A DNA stretch of 63,841 nucleotides, counting the filler, from Octopus bimaculoides (taxonomy: Eukaryota): assembly GCF_001194135.2 (NCBI RefSeq). It is 4 parts of 4 records of this genome, joined end to end, with 100 filler letters (N's around TTAATTAATTAA, not from the genome) between each part and the next. Parts side by side here need not be neighbours in the genome. Positions count along the whole stretch, not along the records: positions 1 to 27,115 come from NC_069007.1; positions 27,216 to 53,827 come from NC_068986.1; 2 more parts are not named here. One strand, 5' to 3'. The notes beneath the pieces were generated by a model that was not told the DNA's origin, made no database searches, and worked only from the letters and a program-made list of their open reading frames with translations. This document shows, piece after piece, positions 23,434-36,205 of this stretch. The position numbers and the translations under genes were made by a program. The stretch's first letter is position 1. The number at the start of each line of letters is the position of its first letter.

Positions 23434-24469
23434 GTGGTAGTAGTGATAATAATCCTTTCTACTGGACGCAGAAGGCCCCAAATTTGGGTTATTGGAGGAA
23501 GTTATTAAGTCAATCACATTGACCCTAGGGCGTAACTGGTACAAATATACAATGCCCAATATACCTATCATGACTACCTGTCTGATAAGGATACACCAGG
23601 TACATGCATCACAACAATATGTGCATGACATGGTGATCTCATATCAAGATAAACAGTGCATGACCTTGCAGGTGGGGCCTTGTTAGAGTTTTCTTCTGGT
23701 CAAGTAGCTCATCCCACTCAAAAGGTCCCTGAATAAGGTTTTTTTTAAGTATGTTGAATGAAGCACCCATGTTTGCAGAGGTGAATTATTCAGACCACCC
23801 AAAATTCCTCTTAAAACGTTATGATGCTCCCACAATATTTCTGCTTGTGATCAGAGATGGCACATATCATCAGCCACCAAGGGACATGCTCAACTGGTTA
23901 TGGTCAAACAACTGACAAGCAAATCTGTGGTATTGAGCAGAATATTTGCTGTAGCAAATATTAAAGGTGGTGAACTGGTAGAATCGTAAGAACACCAGAC
24001 AAAATTCTTAGGAACATTTCTATTGGGTCTTTATGTTGTGAGTTTAAATGCTACTGGGGTTGACTTTGCTTTTGATCTTCTTAGGGGCAATAAAATACCA
24101 ATTGGGCACTGGAGTTGATGTCATCAAGTTACCCTTCCTTCAAAATTGCTGGCCTTGCTCCCAATTTTGAAACCATTATTTAAAGCTTATCTGCTTTGAG
24201 TTCCAGTGTTCCAAAAATAATTATTGCCTGTTTTTTTGAAAGTTTCTAACATTTTTGCGGTATAATTGTTTCTCTCAAATTTTTATAAAATTACCATTGG
24301 TGAGAAAAAAGTTTGTAAGCTGAATGGAGAAATTTGAAGGATTGTTTTGATCCAGTGGTTTGACTGCTGCCTTGTTTACAGAAGATGAACAGTTGAGTCC
24401 CATGGACAGCCTTCAACTTTTTCCATCGAAACACATTTTTAATTCAATGTCTGTAAAAAGAAGTGTATC

Positions 24470-24856
24470 ATCATCGTCATCATTTAACATCCATTTTCCA
24501 TGCTGGCATGGGTTTGATTGGAACTGGTAAGCTGGAGAGCTTCACCAGGCTCCATTCTCTTTTGGGTTGGTTTCTACTGCTGGATACCCTTCCTAGTGCC
24601 AACTACTCCATGTCACTGGCATGGGTGTATTTCATGTGCCACCAGCATGGGTACCCTTTACATGTTATTGGCATGGGTGCCTCTTAACACATCACTGGTA
24701 CTGGACATGACTACAATTTCACTTGGCTTGATGTGTCTTCTCAAACATAGCTAATTGCCAAAGGTCTTGATCACTTGGCATCACCTCTGTGGGACTCAAC
24801 ATCTGAAGAGCATTCTTCACCACCTCATCCCATATCTTCTTGGGTCTACATCTTCC

Positions 24857-24860
<4 letters not shown>
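24470..24860 (-). mobile_element. 5'-truncated RTE-clade LINE 3' end (ORF2 C-terminus, 3' UTR, (GAT)n tail)
   Basis: Encodes GRCRPKKIWDEVVKNALQMLSPTEVM...LWQLAMFEKT, like 42.7 kb, followed by the shared UTR and a CATCAT tail on the + strand. Confidence 0.75.
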
Positions 24861-24891
<31 letters not shown>

Positions 24892-25029
24892 AATTATTGT
24901 TAAATGTTTTACGATTATTTANNNNNNNNNNTTTATTTATTTATTTATTGTTAAAACAAGAATTTTTTTTAAATATATAGTATAAGTTACGATACGTACA
25001 TTGATTTTTTTATTATTATTTTTATTTTA

Positions 25030-25164
25030 GACCTGATGACTGACTGTATTTTTGAATAGATTTAACTGTAGATCGATTTGATTATTAATAGAATAATTAT
25101 TGATTATTAATTGAATTGGTTTTAGTTATCTATTTGAAAATATAGTCACGAAACATGCGTAGTC
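25030..25164 (+). ncRNA. Putative minimal type I hammerhead ribozyme (Penelope-like element type)
   Basis: GAC-CUGAUGA(25033-39)-C-[21-bp helix II, 25041-61 with 25128-48]-C-GAAA(25150-53)-C-AUGC-G-U-A-GUC. Core intact, GUA cleavage triplet, 3-bp helix I, C.C at 10.1-11.1. Confidence 0.55.
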
Positions 25165-25646
25165 ATTTTATACCATTTACTAGTTATTCTTTTTGTATTT
25201 TATTGATTTTTTTTAATAAGGTTTTTATGATATATTTATTTTCTGGAAGTTATGAATTAAATTCTTCTTTATTGAATTATGTAATAGTGTTTTTTTTTAA
25301 AATTTTATATATATATATATATATATATACTGTAAAAACCCATGTAATTTGTGCACCTGTGTAATTTACGTAGGTGATTTTCAGGATAAGATTTGTTTTA
25401 AAAAAGCTTCTACTCATATAAAATTCACACCCAAAAGTTTTCAGAATTACCGATATTGCCAGGAGAAATAGGTTTTCAATTTAGTTGTATTTAGCATAAT
25501 TTCACTTACTTATGATCAGATTTGATTAAATTTTCATTAAATAAAAATAATTTCTGTTTAACAGGTATCACATTGAAAGCTATTAAATTAGAAAGTGTTT
25601 GTGTTGTTTATAATAAACCCTATTTTGCATTTCTTGCCCACGAGAG

Positions 25647-26034
25647 ATTAATGTCCAATCTTTAGCATACTGCTGTATGTCTTCTCAAATCATGATCACA
25701 GGAAAAGTTGTTGATAAGAATTACCAACAAAAACAAAGCTGATAAATACGCATAGGTGTTGCAAATTAAGTTTAATTACCAATAAACATCAGCTTGAATG
25801 ACACTTTACTCAACCGACAGAGGAAGGTGACCGATCAAACTGATTACATAAACAGAATTCTTTTCCGCCTATTCTTGTCAGAGCCTTTGATATGGAGTAT
25901 CATTTTCAGAACTTTTTTGGAATTTTTTTGCATATTTATCAGGTTTGTTTTTGTTGGTAATTCTTATCAACAACTTTATTTGTGATCATGATTTTGAGAA
26001 GGCATAGAGCAGTATGCTAAAGATCGGACATAAT
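25647..26034. mobile_element. Foldback/MITE with roughly 105-bp near-perfect inverted arms
   Basis: 25647-25752 is the reverse complement of 25929-26034 with few mismatches (e.g. AAAGTTGTTGATAAGAATTACCAACAAAAACAAA). Confidence 0.8.
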
Positions 26035-26142
26035 GTAATTCACACACCCACTAAAGGTTATTTTTATTTTTGTGAAAAAGGTGTGTAAATTTCACGAGTT
26101 TTTATAGTATATATATTGTATGTGCATGTGTTTAAATATATA

Positions 26143-26505
26143 CTCCGTCGCTTATGACTACGAGGGTTCCAGTTGATCCGATCAACGGTACAGCCTGCTC
26201 GTGAAATTAACGTGCAAGTGGCTGAGCACTCCACAGACACGTGTACCCTTAACGTAGTTCTTGGGGATATTCAGCGTGACACAGAGTGTGACAAGGCTGA
26301 CCCTTTGAATCACAGGCACAACAGAAACACGAAGAAAGAGTGAGAGAAAGTTGTAGTGAAAGAGTACAGCAAGGTTCGCCACCATCCCCTGCCGGGGCCT
26401 CGTAGAGCTTTAGGTGGTTTTCGCTAAATAAACACTCACAACGCCCGGTCTGGGAATCGAAACCGTGATCCTATGACCGCAAGTCCACTGGGCCATTGCG
26501 CCTCT
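26143..26505 (-). mobile_element. tRNA-derived SINE family E (possibly the octopus tRNA-Arg-derived OR type)
   Basis: Head GAGGCGCAATGGCCCAGTGG...GGTTTCGATTCCCAGACC; body shared with 53944-54172 and 54874-55243. Confidence 0.8.
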
Positions 26506-27115
26506 GTTTAAATATATACTATACACACATAAAGACCCCTTTTGGTCGCGAATGATCATGGGATTGCACCTAGAAAGTTCCCCTCTGAAGTACAAGTCTA
26601 GGCAAGGTTCTTTGTGGGAGACCAGCGGTGTCCCATGCATACCAGCCTCCACTCTCCACACCACCAATGTTATCCAAGGGAAAGGCAAATGGGCTGATAC
26701 ATGATTGTTTCATCTCACTGTAAACCCTATGTTATGGTATCTAACCATTTCCTGTGTCCTTCATGTTGATGTGCCTAGATTCTAATGAACTCTATAACTA
26801 ATCTGTCTGCCTGACCCTCCGTCTGACTGTCTATCTATCTGACTCTCTATCTGTCTGTCTGACTGTCTGTCTACCTGTCTGTATGTCTATCTGTCTGTCT
26901 CTGTATCTAATCTTACCCTAACCCTACCAACACATGATACCTTCATGGCTGTTTTACCTCACTGTGATCCCTATGTTATTGTACCTAGCCATTTTTGGCA
27001 TCCTACTTGTTCATGTGCCTAGATTCTAAAGAATCCTATACTATACATACATACATACATACATATACATATATACAAACATATACATACACAGACATAT
27101 ATATATATATATATA

Positions 27116-27215
27116 NNNNNNNNNNNNNNNNNNNNNNNNNNNNNNNNNNNNNNNNNNNNTTAATTAATTAANNNNNNNNNNNNNNNNNNNNNNNNNNNNN
27201 NNNNNNNNNNNNNNN
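27116..27215. other. Artificial 100-bp scaffold-join spacer N44-TTAATTAATTAA-N44
   Basis: Identical structure at three sites; the 12-mer has stops in all six frames. Confidence 0.9.
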
Positions 27216-27392
27216 ATGACCGATTATGAAAACAATAGATGGATAAGGTTATGACTTGATTCATTTGGAAAAAACCGTTAGAGAATTGGACGCTGCCGGA
27301 TAGTGGGTTGGACAACACATACCTATAAATGTGTGAGAACGTACATGCATACATAAATACATATACACAAACACACACATACATGCATACTG

Positions 27393-27437
<45 letters not shown>

Positions 27438-27739
27438 CATGTATATATTGGTTTCCAGTTTTGGCTGAAAGTCAGCAAGACCATGAAAAGGGTTTAGTCA
27501 ATTAAATCGACCACAGTGTTAAATCGGTACTTATTTTATTGACTCTGAAAGGAAGGAAAGGCAAAGTTGACCTCGATGGAATTTGAACTCAGAACATAAG
27601 GACAGATGAAATACCGCTAAGCATTTTGCCTGGCGGGCTAACAATTCTGCCAGCTTGTCACCTTAGTGTATGTATATATATTTGTATGTGCGTATGTAGC
27701 TTGTATCTCCTTTTCTTGATACTGCATGAGAATTGTAAA

Positions 27740-28105
27740 TCATCATCATCATCATCATTGTCGTTTAACGTCCGCTTTCCATGCCAGCATGGGTTGGATG
27801 ATTTGACTGAGGACTGGTGGACCAGGAGGTGACACCAGGCTCCAATCTGATTTGACAAAGTTTCTACAGCTGGATGCCCTTCCTAATGCCAACCACTCCG
27901 AGAGTGTAGTGGGTGCTTTTACGTGCCACCGGCACGAGGGCCAGTCAGGCGGGTACTGGCAATGGCCACGCTTGAAATGGTGTATATTACGTGCCACCTG
28001 TACAAGGGCCAGTCCAGAGGCACTGGCAACGATCTCGCTCGGCTGTCTTACTGGCAAAGGCCACGCTCGAAATGGTGTATTATGTGTCACCTGCACAGGA
28101 GCCAG
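27740..28105 (-). mobile_element. RTE-type 3' UTR fragment with tandem hairpin repeats and (GAT)n tail
   Basis: (CAT)n-GTTTAACGTCCGCTTTCCATGC...GGATGCCCTTCCTAA followed by units of about 67 bp. Confidence 0.75.
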
Positions 28106-28447
28106 TCCACACAAGCAGCGTCGTTTATTTCCAATATTCTGCAAGAACATATCTGACCATGGGGAAACAGGGAAAGGCTGGCAGGATGAAGGACATCCGT
28201 CGATAGAAAACTTGCTTCTATAAACTCTGTCCAACCCATTCTAACATTGAAGAGTGGATGTTACAATGGTGATGATGATGATGATAATGGTGAAAACCTT
28301 CATATTTGGGTACAGTGGATTTTTACTTCAATATGGAAATAAATTCTTATACCTACATTAAAAGCAAGAAAAAATATTCTTAAAAGATTATGAAAAATAA
28401 ATACTGCCAAAAAGACTAACAGAGATATTATCAAGAGCATAAGCTTA

Positions 28448-28828
28448 TCTTTTACTTGTTTCAGTCATTAGACTTCAGCCATGCTGGGGCATTGCCTTGA
28501 AGAATTTTATGCAAATGAATTGACACCAGTACATTTCTCCATTTTTTTCTTTTTCGAAGCCTGGTACTTTATTCTATCGTACCTTTTGCTGAACTGCCAA
28601 GTTATGGAGATGTAAACACACTAACACCAGTTATCAGGTGGTGGTGGTGGAGGACAAACACAGACACAAAAAACTCACAGACTCACTCACTCACACACAC
28701 ACACAACAGATAAGGCTTTGGTCAGCCTGAAGCTATAGTAGAAGACACTTGTCCAAAGTGTTATGCAGTGGGACTGAACCTGGAACCATGTGATTGAGAA
28801 GTAAGTTTCTTACCACACAGCCATGTCT
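28448..28828 (-). mobile_element. SINE family A copy (diverged)
   Basis: Family A tail, core and head in reverse. Confidence 0.7.
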
Positions 28829-30407
28829 GCAGCTATATTATGTATTATACTAATATAACCTTATCCAACCTAAACTACCATAATGATAGGTTAGGTTAGA
28901 CTAGGTTATGAAATATTATATTAGTTTATTTAAGAAAATATACAAAATATTTACATTTAAAAATACATTTCATCATCATCATCATTGTTGTCATCGTCAT
29001 TTAACATCTGTTTTCCATGCTGGCATGGGTTGGACAGCTTGACAGGAACTGGCAAGCCAGAGGGTTGCACCAAGCTCTATTGTCTGTTTTGGCATGGTTT
29101 TTACAGCTGGATACCTTCCCTAATATTAATAACCTGTCTAAAGGCACAAGGTCTAAAATTTTGATGGAAGGCTTTAGTCAAATACATCAATCCCAGTGCA
29201 CAACTGAAAGAATAAAAGGCAAAGTTGACCTCAGTGGCATTTGAACTCAGAACTTAATGACAGATGAAATGCCACTAAGCATTTTCTCTGGCATGCTTAG
29301 TGGCATTTCATCTGAACACCAAACAGGTAGAGCTTTATATCAAAAAACATTCTTAAATAGTCTTCTTTTCTGCCAGTTTGTGGTCTTCATTTCTCTATAT
29401 TAATAACAGTAATAATAACACACCTACTTATGAGCATATCATATGGCAAATGCAAAATTGCAAAGCATCTGAATGTAAAAGAAAAGAAGACTATTTAAGA
29501 AAGTTTTTTATATAAAGCTCTACCTGTTTGGTGTTCAGTGAATGCTATGCTTTCATCATCATCAACAGCTAATGCTCGCTTTTTCACGTTTGCATGGATA
29601 TGATGAAATTTGTTGAGGCAAATTTTTTTCTATGACCAGATGCTTTCATGTTGCTAACCCTTGCCTGTTTCTAAGCAATGTGGTATTTCCCCATGGCCAG
29701 ATTTATGGAAGACTGGAAACAACACTACTTATACAATGGTGATGCTTGTTTTCAACATATATGTATATATGACATATATACATATATATGATGGGCTTCT
29801 TTCAGTTTCCACATACCAAATCAATTTACAAGGCTTTATTGTTGCACTCTGTCTGGCATGAAAAGCACCTAGCTAGATGACAAGGCTATAAGTACCATCC
29901 TTCTATCATCTCTCAGATTAGAAATGTCAAATCAGGCCACTCCACTGCAATGTGCTAACAAAGTTTTCTCAGCCTTGAATTTTATCAACGTTAGTATACC
30001 TCAAGCTTTGGTAGGTCTTCCTTCTGAACATTAACAATCCTCTGAGGGTTGACTAAGCTATAAAAAAGCATACTAACTCAAATATCTCTGAGTGCATTCA
30101 AGAGAAGGCCATTCAACTGGCAGGCTTGGGCTCATTCATCAACAGACACACACACACACACACACTTTTCTGGGCCAATAAAAAAAAAATGCATACCTGT
30201 ATATATGAAAGCAGTGTCTTTGTGTCTGAATATTATAAGGAAGAGCAGAACACTCTTAAGTGGCCAAATCCTTGATGCAGCAGGGATTTTCTTTCTGCCA
30301 GTGCTTAGTTGTTTTAAAGTGAGTGTTGATCTGCATGATCCAATCCCACTCTTTAACCTTTTAGCAGTTAGATTATTCTGTTAAATGTAATGCTTATTTA
30401 TTCACAT

Positions 30408-30800
30408 TCATCATCATCGTCGTTTAACGTCCGCTTTCCATGCTAGCATGGGTTGGACGATTTGACTGAGGACTGGTGAAACCAGATGGCTACACCAGGC
30501 TCCAATCTGATTTGGCAGAGTTTCTACAGCTGGATGCCCTTCCTAATGCCAACCACTCCGAGAGTGTAATAGGTGCTTTTACGTGCCACCGGCATGAAGG
30601 CCAGTCGGGCGGTACTGGCAACAGCCATGCTCAAAATGGTGTATTTTACATGCCACCTGCACAGGAGCCAGTTCGGCGGCACTGGCAACGATCTCGCTCA
30701 AATGTCTTTACACGTGCCAGGAAGGCGATGCTGGGCACAGGTGCCATTGATGGTTTCGCTTTCGCTTTCCCCAATAGGTCTTCGCAAGCCGAGTTTCGTT
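30408..30800 (-). mobile_element. RTE-type 3' UTR fragment with two hairpin repeat units
   Basis: Closely similar to 27740-28030. Confidence 0.75.
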
Positions 30801-32899
30801 TCCAATGATGGAGACGACGTTGTTGTTTTGAATTAATCGTGAAATATCTTGTAGCTTCAGGATTTCAACGATGTGGTAGTTCATTTTTAGAATAACATTG
30901 TAGAGTAGGTGTGAGGGGCCAGTTTGAACATAAGGCAGGTAAAATATTTTGGCCGGATATGGCTGGTTTAAATGCTAAAGGGTTAAACTTGGAAGTCGGA
31001 CCACAGTTGTAGTAACTAGCAAGTTGTAGGTTTTTCACTAGAGTGGCCTTCTTCTAGGTGAATTACTTTACAGGGCAGGAGAGTGTCACCTATCCTGGAC
31101 TTGCGGAGAAGATATCAAAGAGAGGACTGGACTGCAGAAATATTCCACTCCTTGATTTGCAGTCAAGGTTGACTCCCTTAGCCTTTTCCTTTCCTAGGGC
31201 ACTCACAGGGCAGTGAAGGTTTGTGTTTGGAGTTTCTTCCATAACATGCAAATTCACTCATAGCTGAGACCTTGACAGGTGCTACTACTCCGGGTCAGAG
31301 TAGACCTGGAAACGATAGTGGCTAAGAAGTGATTCCACACACCGCAAAACCCTGAAACTCCTGAAGCAGAACCCCACTACTGGATGCACTTTAAAGTCAT
31401 ACCCAGGACAAGTACCTGTATATACACGAAAACTATTTTGTCACCTGTCGCTACTGTATTTATGTGTGTCTCAATAATTGATATATCTGTATATTTAAAA
31501 TCGTGTATGTATCCCCGTTTTAGAATAGAAACCTTTAGCGTCGTAAGTGGCGACCAAAAGGGTTGGCAACAGAAAGGGCATCCGGTCGTGAAACACTGCA
31601 TCAGGAAAAAAAACCAAAAAAAAAAAAAAACCGTCCAAACTATGCCAGCACGGAAAAGCTGAAAAGCTGGCGTAAGATGCTGATGGTGATGCTATCTGTC
31701 TGGTTACGTAATCATGAACCAGTTATTTCTTCACATACTTTCAGCAACCACGAGTCCTAGCTTACATTCTACGAATGTTGCGTATGTAAATTCGATTCCT
31801 CTACTCCAGTAATTTACAGTAGAACGCAGAAAGTATTAAAATACTTGTAAGGCGGTAAATATGTGTAAATTAAGCCAGATTACACCTGGGTTTTTTTGTT
31901 TTTTTTGTTACGATAAAAACACGAAAACGGGCTAGCAAAAGAGCTTTTATGTAATTTTGCTCGATCTGCTGAAAATAGTAGTTAAATCACAAAGAAATGG
32001 CAGGTTGGGCAATTTACAAATTGAGGGGGTCACGATTCATACGTTCTGCTTTTCATATTTGACTTTGAACAAATAGCAACAACATAACCATAGAGCCTCT
32101 GGCGACGAAATTTCTAAAAGCCCTCAAGAAATATAAATGGTGTAAGCCTTCAGAGTGAGACGAACGAATTTGTAAAGATTCATTATATTTCATTGGCATA
32201 GATGCAACTCTACAGATTATTATGAATTTGCAATTCGCTCTTGTACTTGGTCGCTCAATTTGCAAGAAATAGCTGTCGAATCTCCCTCAAATCACAAAGG
32301 AAAGGAAATTGGGTAATGCTATTTTGAATGCGAAAAAAATAAAGACAGAATAGTCATGAACAGAACGCTTTTGATCATAGATTTAATTAAAGCAAATCAA
32401 TGACAAAACACCAAGCGAACTACGTGATTAATCATTGTATCTGCTAGAAATAGCAGGCAAATCTATCTCAAATTGCATCGTATTACCTTATAAAAAAAAC
32501 GAACACATTGAATTATGTGTCCTTAAATACATTGCATCTGAAGAAAAGACGGTGTGGCCATGGCTGGAAAGCCTTTGATTGGAGCTGACTTGGAGCTAAA
32601 CAACAATAACAAAAAAAAAATCAAAAACAAACGAACAAACCACCAGAAATCACCAAAAATACAAGAGTTTTATGTTAGCTATTCTTTACTGCCTGCTTGC
32701 GCTCAACAGATGCACACCAGTCAGTGTTGTTTTATTTATTCATTCATACTTTCATTCATTCATTCATTCATTTAACGTGAAAAGCAGCGGCTTCTGAGAG
32801 AGGGATCCCTTCTACAAACCAGTCATTGATTTTGAAGTCTAAAAATAAACCCAGTCATGCTGCTGCTGTGTGTGACTTCCCCCGAAACTGTGTGTGTGA

Positions 32900-33180
32900 T
32901 GAAAGCATTACCGGATGAAAACAAGGCGGGGACTTTGAGAGAGAAGACGTAACTGCTTGTTCCGCTAGCAACGGCACTAGAACTGTGACGTCATAGGTCG
33001 TTGCTATGTAGGGTGAGGGAGGGTGCGGAAAGTGAGAAAAAGCGTCAATGCTTTCGCTGCACATTACATATACAAGCGTACAGTTGGCTGGTTGGTTAGT
33101 TGTTGAACACACACACATATATAAATCGCAGACTTTCTCCTCCATCCCTCTCTCCGTCACACCCCTCATAGGTAGGGTTT
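32900..33180 (+). promoter_or_regulatory. Candidate promoter/enhancer: GC box, RFX half-sites flanking a full CRE, possible 5' splice site
   Basis: AGGCGGGGAC 32924-33, TAGCAAC 32966-72, TGACGTCA 32986-93, GTTGCTA 33000-06, AG|GTAGGG at 33171/2. Locally CpG-rich, non-repetitive sequence. Confidence 0.4.
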
Positions 33181-33876
33181 ACACGTTGTAAGACAGGGAA
33201 CTCATTGATTTGATCCTAATTAAATTAGCTCCACGGCAACAATATAAAACATCAACAACGACGGCAGCAACAATAAAAGTAAAATAATAACCCCACCCCA
33301 CACACACAAAAACAAATATACATGTACTTATATACATACATACATATATGCACACATACATACACACATACATACACATATACATGCGTATGTATGTATG
33401 TATTCTTAAACCTAGGCGTTGCTGCCGCAGTTGTTTTTGTTGTTTAACACCAGGTCACCAGGTCAGCTATGTTGAAGCTTAGCTCTCATCGAAGGAGTCC
33501 AGCTGTGACCATCTTGCGTTTTCTTTTTATAATTTCTTTCCAGATATAGTGTATCTAAAACTATATTATCCAACGTGCTATTAGAATTTAAAAAAACAAA
33601 ACAGAGATAGGATGGCTGATATGGTAAGGTACCGAACTATATGTAATTTACTACGTATATTAAGTTGTGTCTATCTTGTTTCAGAGTTCGATATCTTGCT
33701 GGGGTTAGTTTTCTTCTCTCAAAAGTCAAGGATTTGAGTTGAAGCATCTATAATACTCCCTTCCAACAACTGGAGGATTTGTGACAAAACCAGAAATCAA
33801 AAGAAAATTTCGATAAAGTTTTTGACATAAACACACATAAATATATGTTTGCGTATGTATGTATGTATGTACGTGC

Positions 33877-33921
<45 letters not shown>

Positions 33922-33930
33922 CATACATAC

Positions 33931-33975
<45 letters not shown>

Positions 33976-34950
33976 AATGAACAAATAGAAAGAGAAGTGA
34001 GCAACAGCATGGTTTTTTATTCCGTCTAATTATAAATTTTTCCATGACAAAGTTTACTTTCCACAATCCTACAGTAACAATAATAACTGCTTCTGGTTGA
34101 AGCACAAAGCCAGCAGCTTTGAGGGGGGGGGGAGCTAGTTGATGACATCGACTCCAGTACCTATTTGCTCAAGTCTGGTACTTATTCTGTCGATATCGTT
34201 TTGTTGAAATGCCAAGTTATGAGAATGTAAACAAACCAACACCAGTTGTGAAGCGGTGGTACGACACACACACACAAAACAAAACAAAAAATGGAACAAG
34301 CACATAACAGGCAACAACAAAACATCCAGACAGACGTTACAAAAAAGGACAGGAAAAAGCAAGGACAGGTCATTTGGAGCTTTCTATCATCAATCACGTT
34401 CCAGATTGCCGTTTCAGTTTCGGCCGGTTACATTCAAAACTGCTCCAATCTGGTCGGCCCCATGAAAATCTAAGCTAAGAGCACTAGATTATTTGGAAGA
34501 AAGCAAGCAAAGGTATACGAAAACAAAGATGAAGAATGGAGAAATGGTATGCAATTACATATACAAACAAAAGGTGTCGTTCAACTAAAGACGAATTAAA
34601 TTAAGCTGGCGTGTGTGGAAGTCAAACCATATGACAGGAACATAAGAGATGAAAGTCATGGGCAGGAATATAAGAGATGCTACATGGATGATAGTCGAAC
34701 CAAGAAAGAAAGGTCAGGCTTGGCGGAACACTGGTCACGTGGAAGGAGAGGAAAGAGATAGGGGGCAGAGGGATTGAAGAATTAGGGAGGGATGAGAAAG
34801 AGAGAAAAAAAAAGGAGAGGAACAGAGTGAGGTAAAGGAAGAGGGAAAGTGATGAGAATGAAGGGAAGGCCAAGAAATGTGAGAGAGGGGGAGCGAGAAA
34901 AAGAAAAATGGAAAGAATGACAAAAGTGTGAAGGGAGCTAAAAGAAAGAG

Positions 34951-35020
<70 letters not shown>

Positions 35021-35687
35021 TGATGGGCTACCATGGATGTTTCTACCATATTCCTTCACAAGAAATAAGGCTATAGTAGAAGACACTCAAGGTGCCATAA
35101 TCAGATTGAACCTGAAACCATGTGGTTACAAAGTGAACCTTTTAACCACACAGCCATGCCAGTGCATAATAATGATTTCCCATGTCACCATGTAAGAAAG
35201 TCTTATTGTCACTACATGTGGTAAATTAGTAAAGTGATTAGAGCATCATATAAATGCCTTGTGGTTTTTGTTCCAGTTCTCCATATTCAGAGTTCAAATC
35301 CTGATTTCACTCTCTCTCTCTCACAGAATTGGTTATAGTGCTGTAAGTTGTGTTGTGGAGAACCACTCACAGACTCCTTTTCTTCGAAAATGTAGAATGG
35401 TTAAGTAAGGGTCTAGCGACATCTCATAGAAAAACTTCATAAGCGACTGGAGTTAAGGGCAGACTGGACTACAGTACAATAAGGAACAGAAGTAAAGAAG
35501 AAAGATTATTATTACCACTATAGGCACAGATATGGCTGTGTGGTTATAAGCTTGCTTCTCAACCACATGGTTCCAGGTTCAGTCCAACTGCGTGACACCT
35601 TGGGCAAGTGTCTTTTTCTATAGCCTGAGGCCGTTCAGTGCCTTGTGAGTAGATTTGGTAGATGGAAACTGAAAGGAGCCTGTCGTA

Positions 35688-35739
<52 letters not shown>

Positions 35740-35867
35740 TATATATATATATCATCATCATCATCATCATCGTTTAACGTCCGCTTTCCATGCTAGCATG
35801 GGTTGGATATATATATATATTTGTATGTGTGTGTGTTTGTTCCCCCATCACCAGTTGACAACCGGTG

Positions 35868-36205
35868 ATGGCATGTTTCAGTCATTGGACTGTGGCCATA
35901 CTGTGGCACTGCCTTGAAGGGTTTAGTTGAACAAATGAACCCCAGTACTTATTTTTATCTAAGCCTTGTACTTATTCTATTGATATCTTTTTGCCAAACC
36001 ACTAAGTTACAGGGACATAAACAAATCAATACTGGTTGTCAAGCAGTGGTAGCAGTCAAACACAAACATACACACATATATCCACTCACAAGGCATTGGT
36101 CAACCTGGGGCTATGACAGAAGACACTTGTCCCAGTTGCCACACAGTGGGACTGAACAAAGAACCGCAGGGTTAGAAAGCAAACTTCTTATCACATAGCC
36201 ACACC
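35868..36205 (-). mobile_element. SINE family A copy
   Basis: Family A motifs in reverse. Confidence 0.7.

Noticed and set aside
27160-27171. Recurrent TTAATTAATTAA motif (PacI-like or homeodomain site)
   Set aside because: It is always centred in exactly 44+44 Ns: a synthetic linker.
27920-28110. CRISPR-like repeat-spacer array
   Set aside because: Eukaryotic context, only 2-3 units, variable parts only 8-9 nt, and direct linkage to the RTE 3' UTR.
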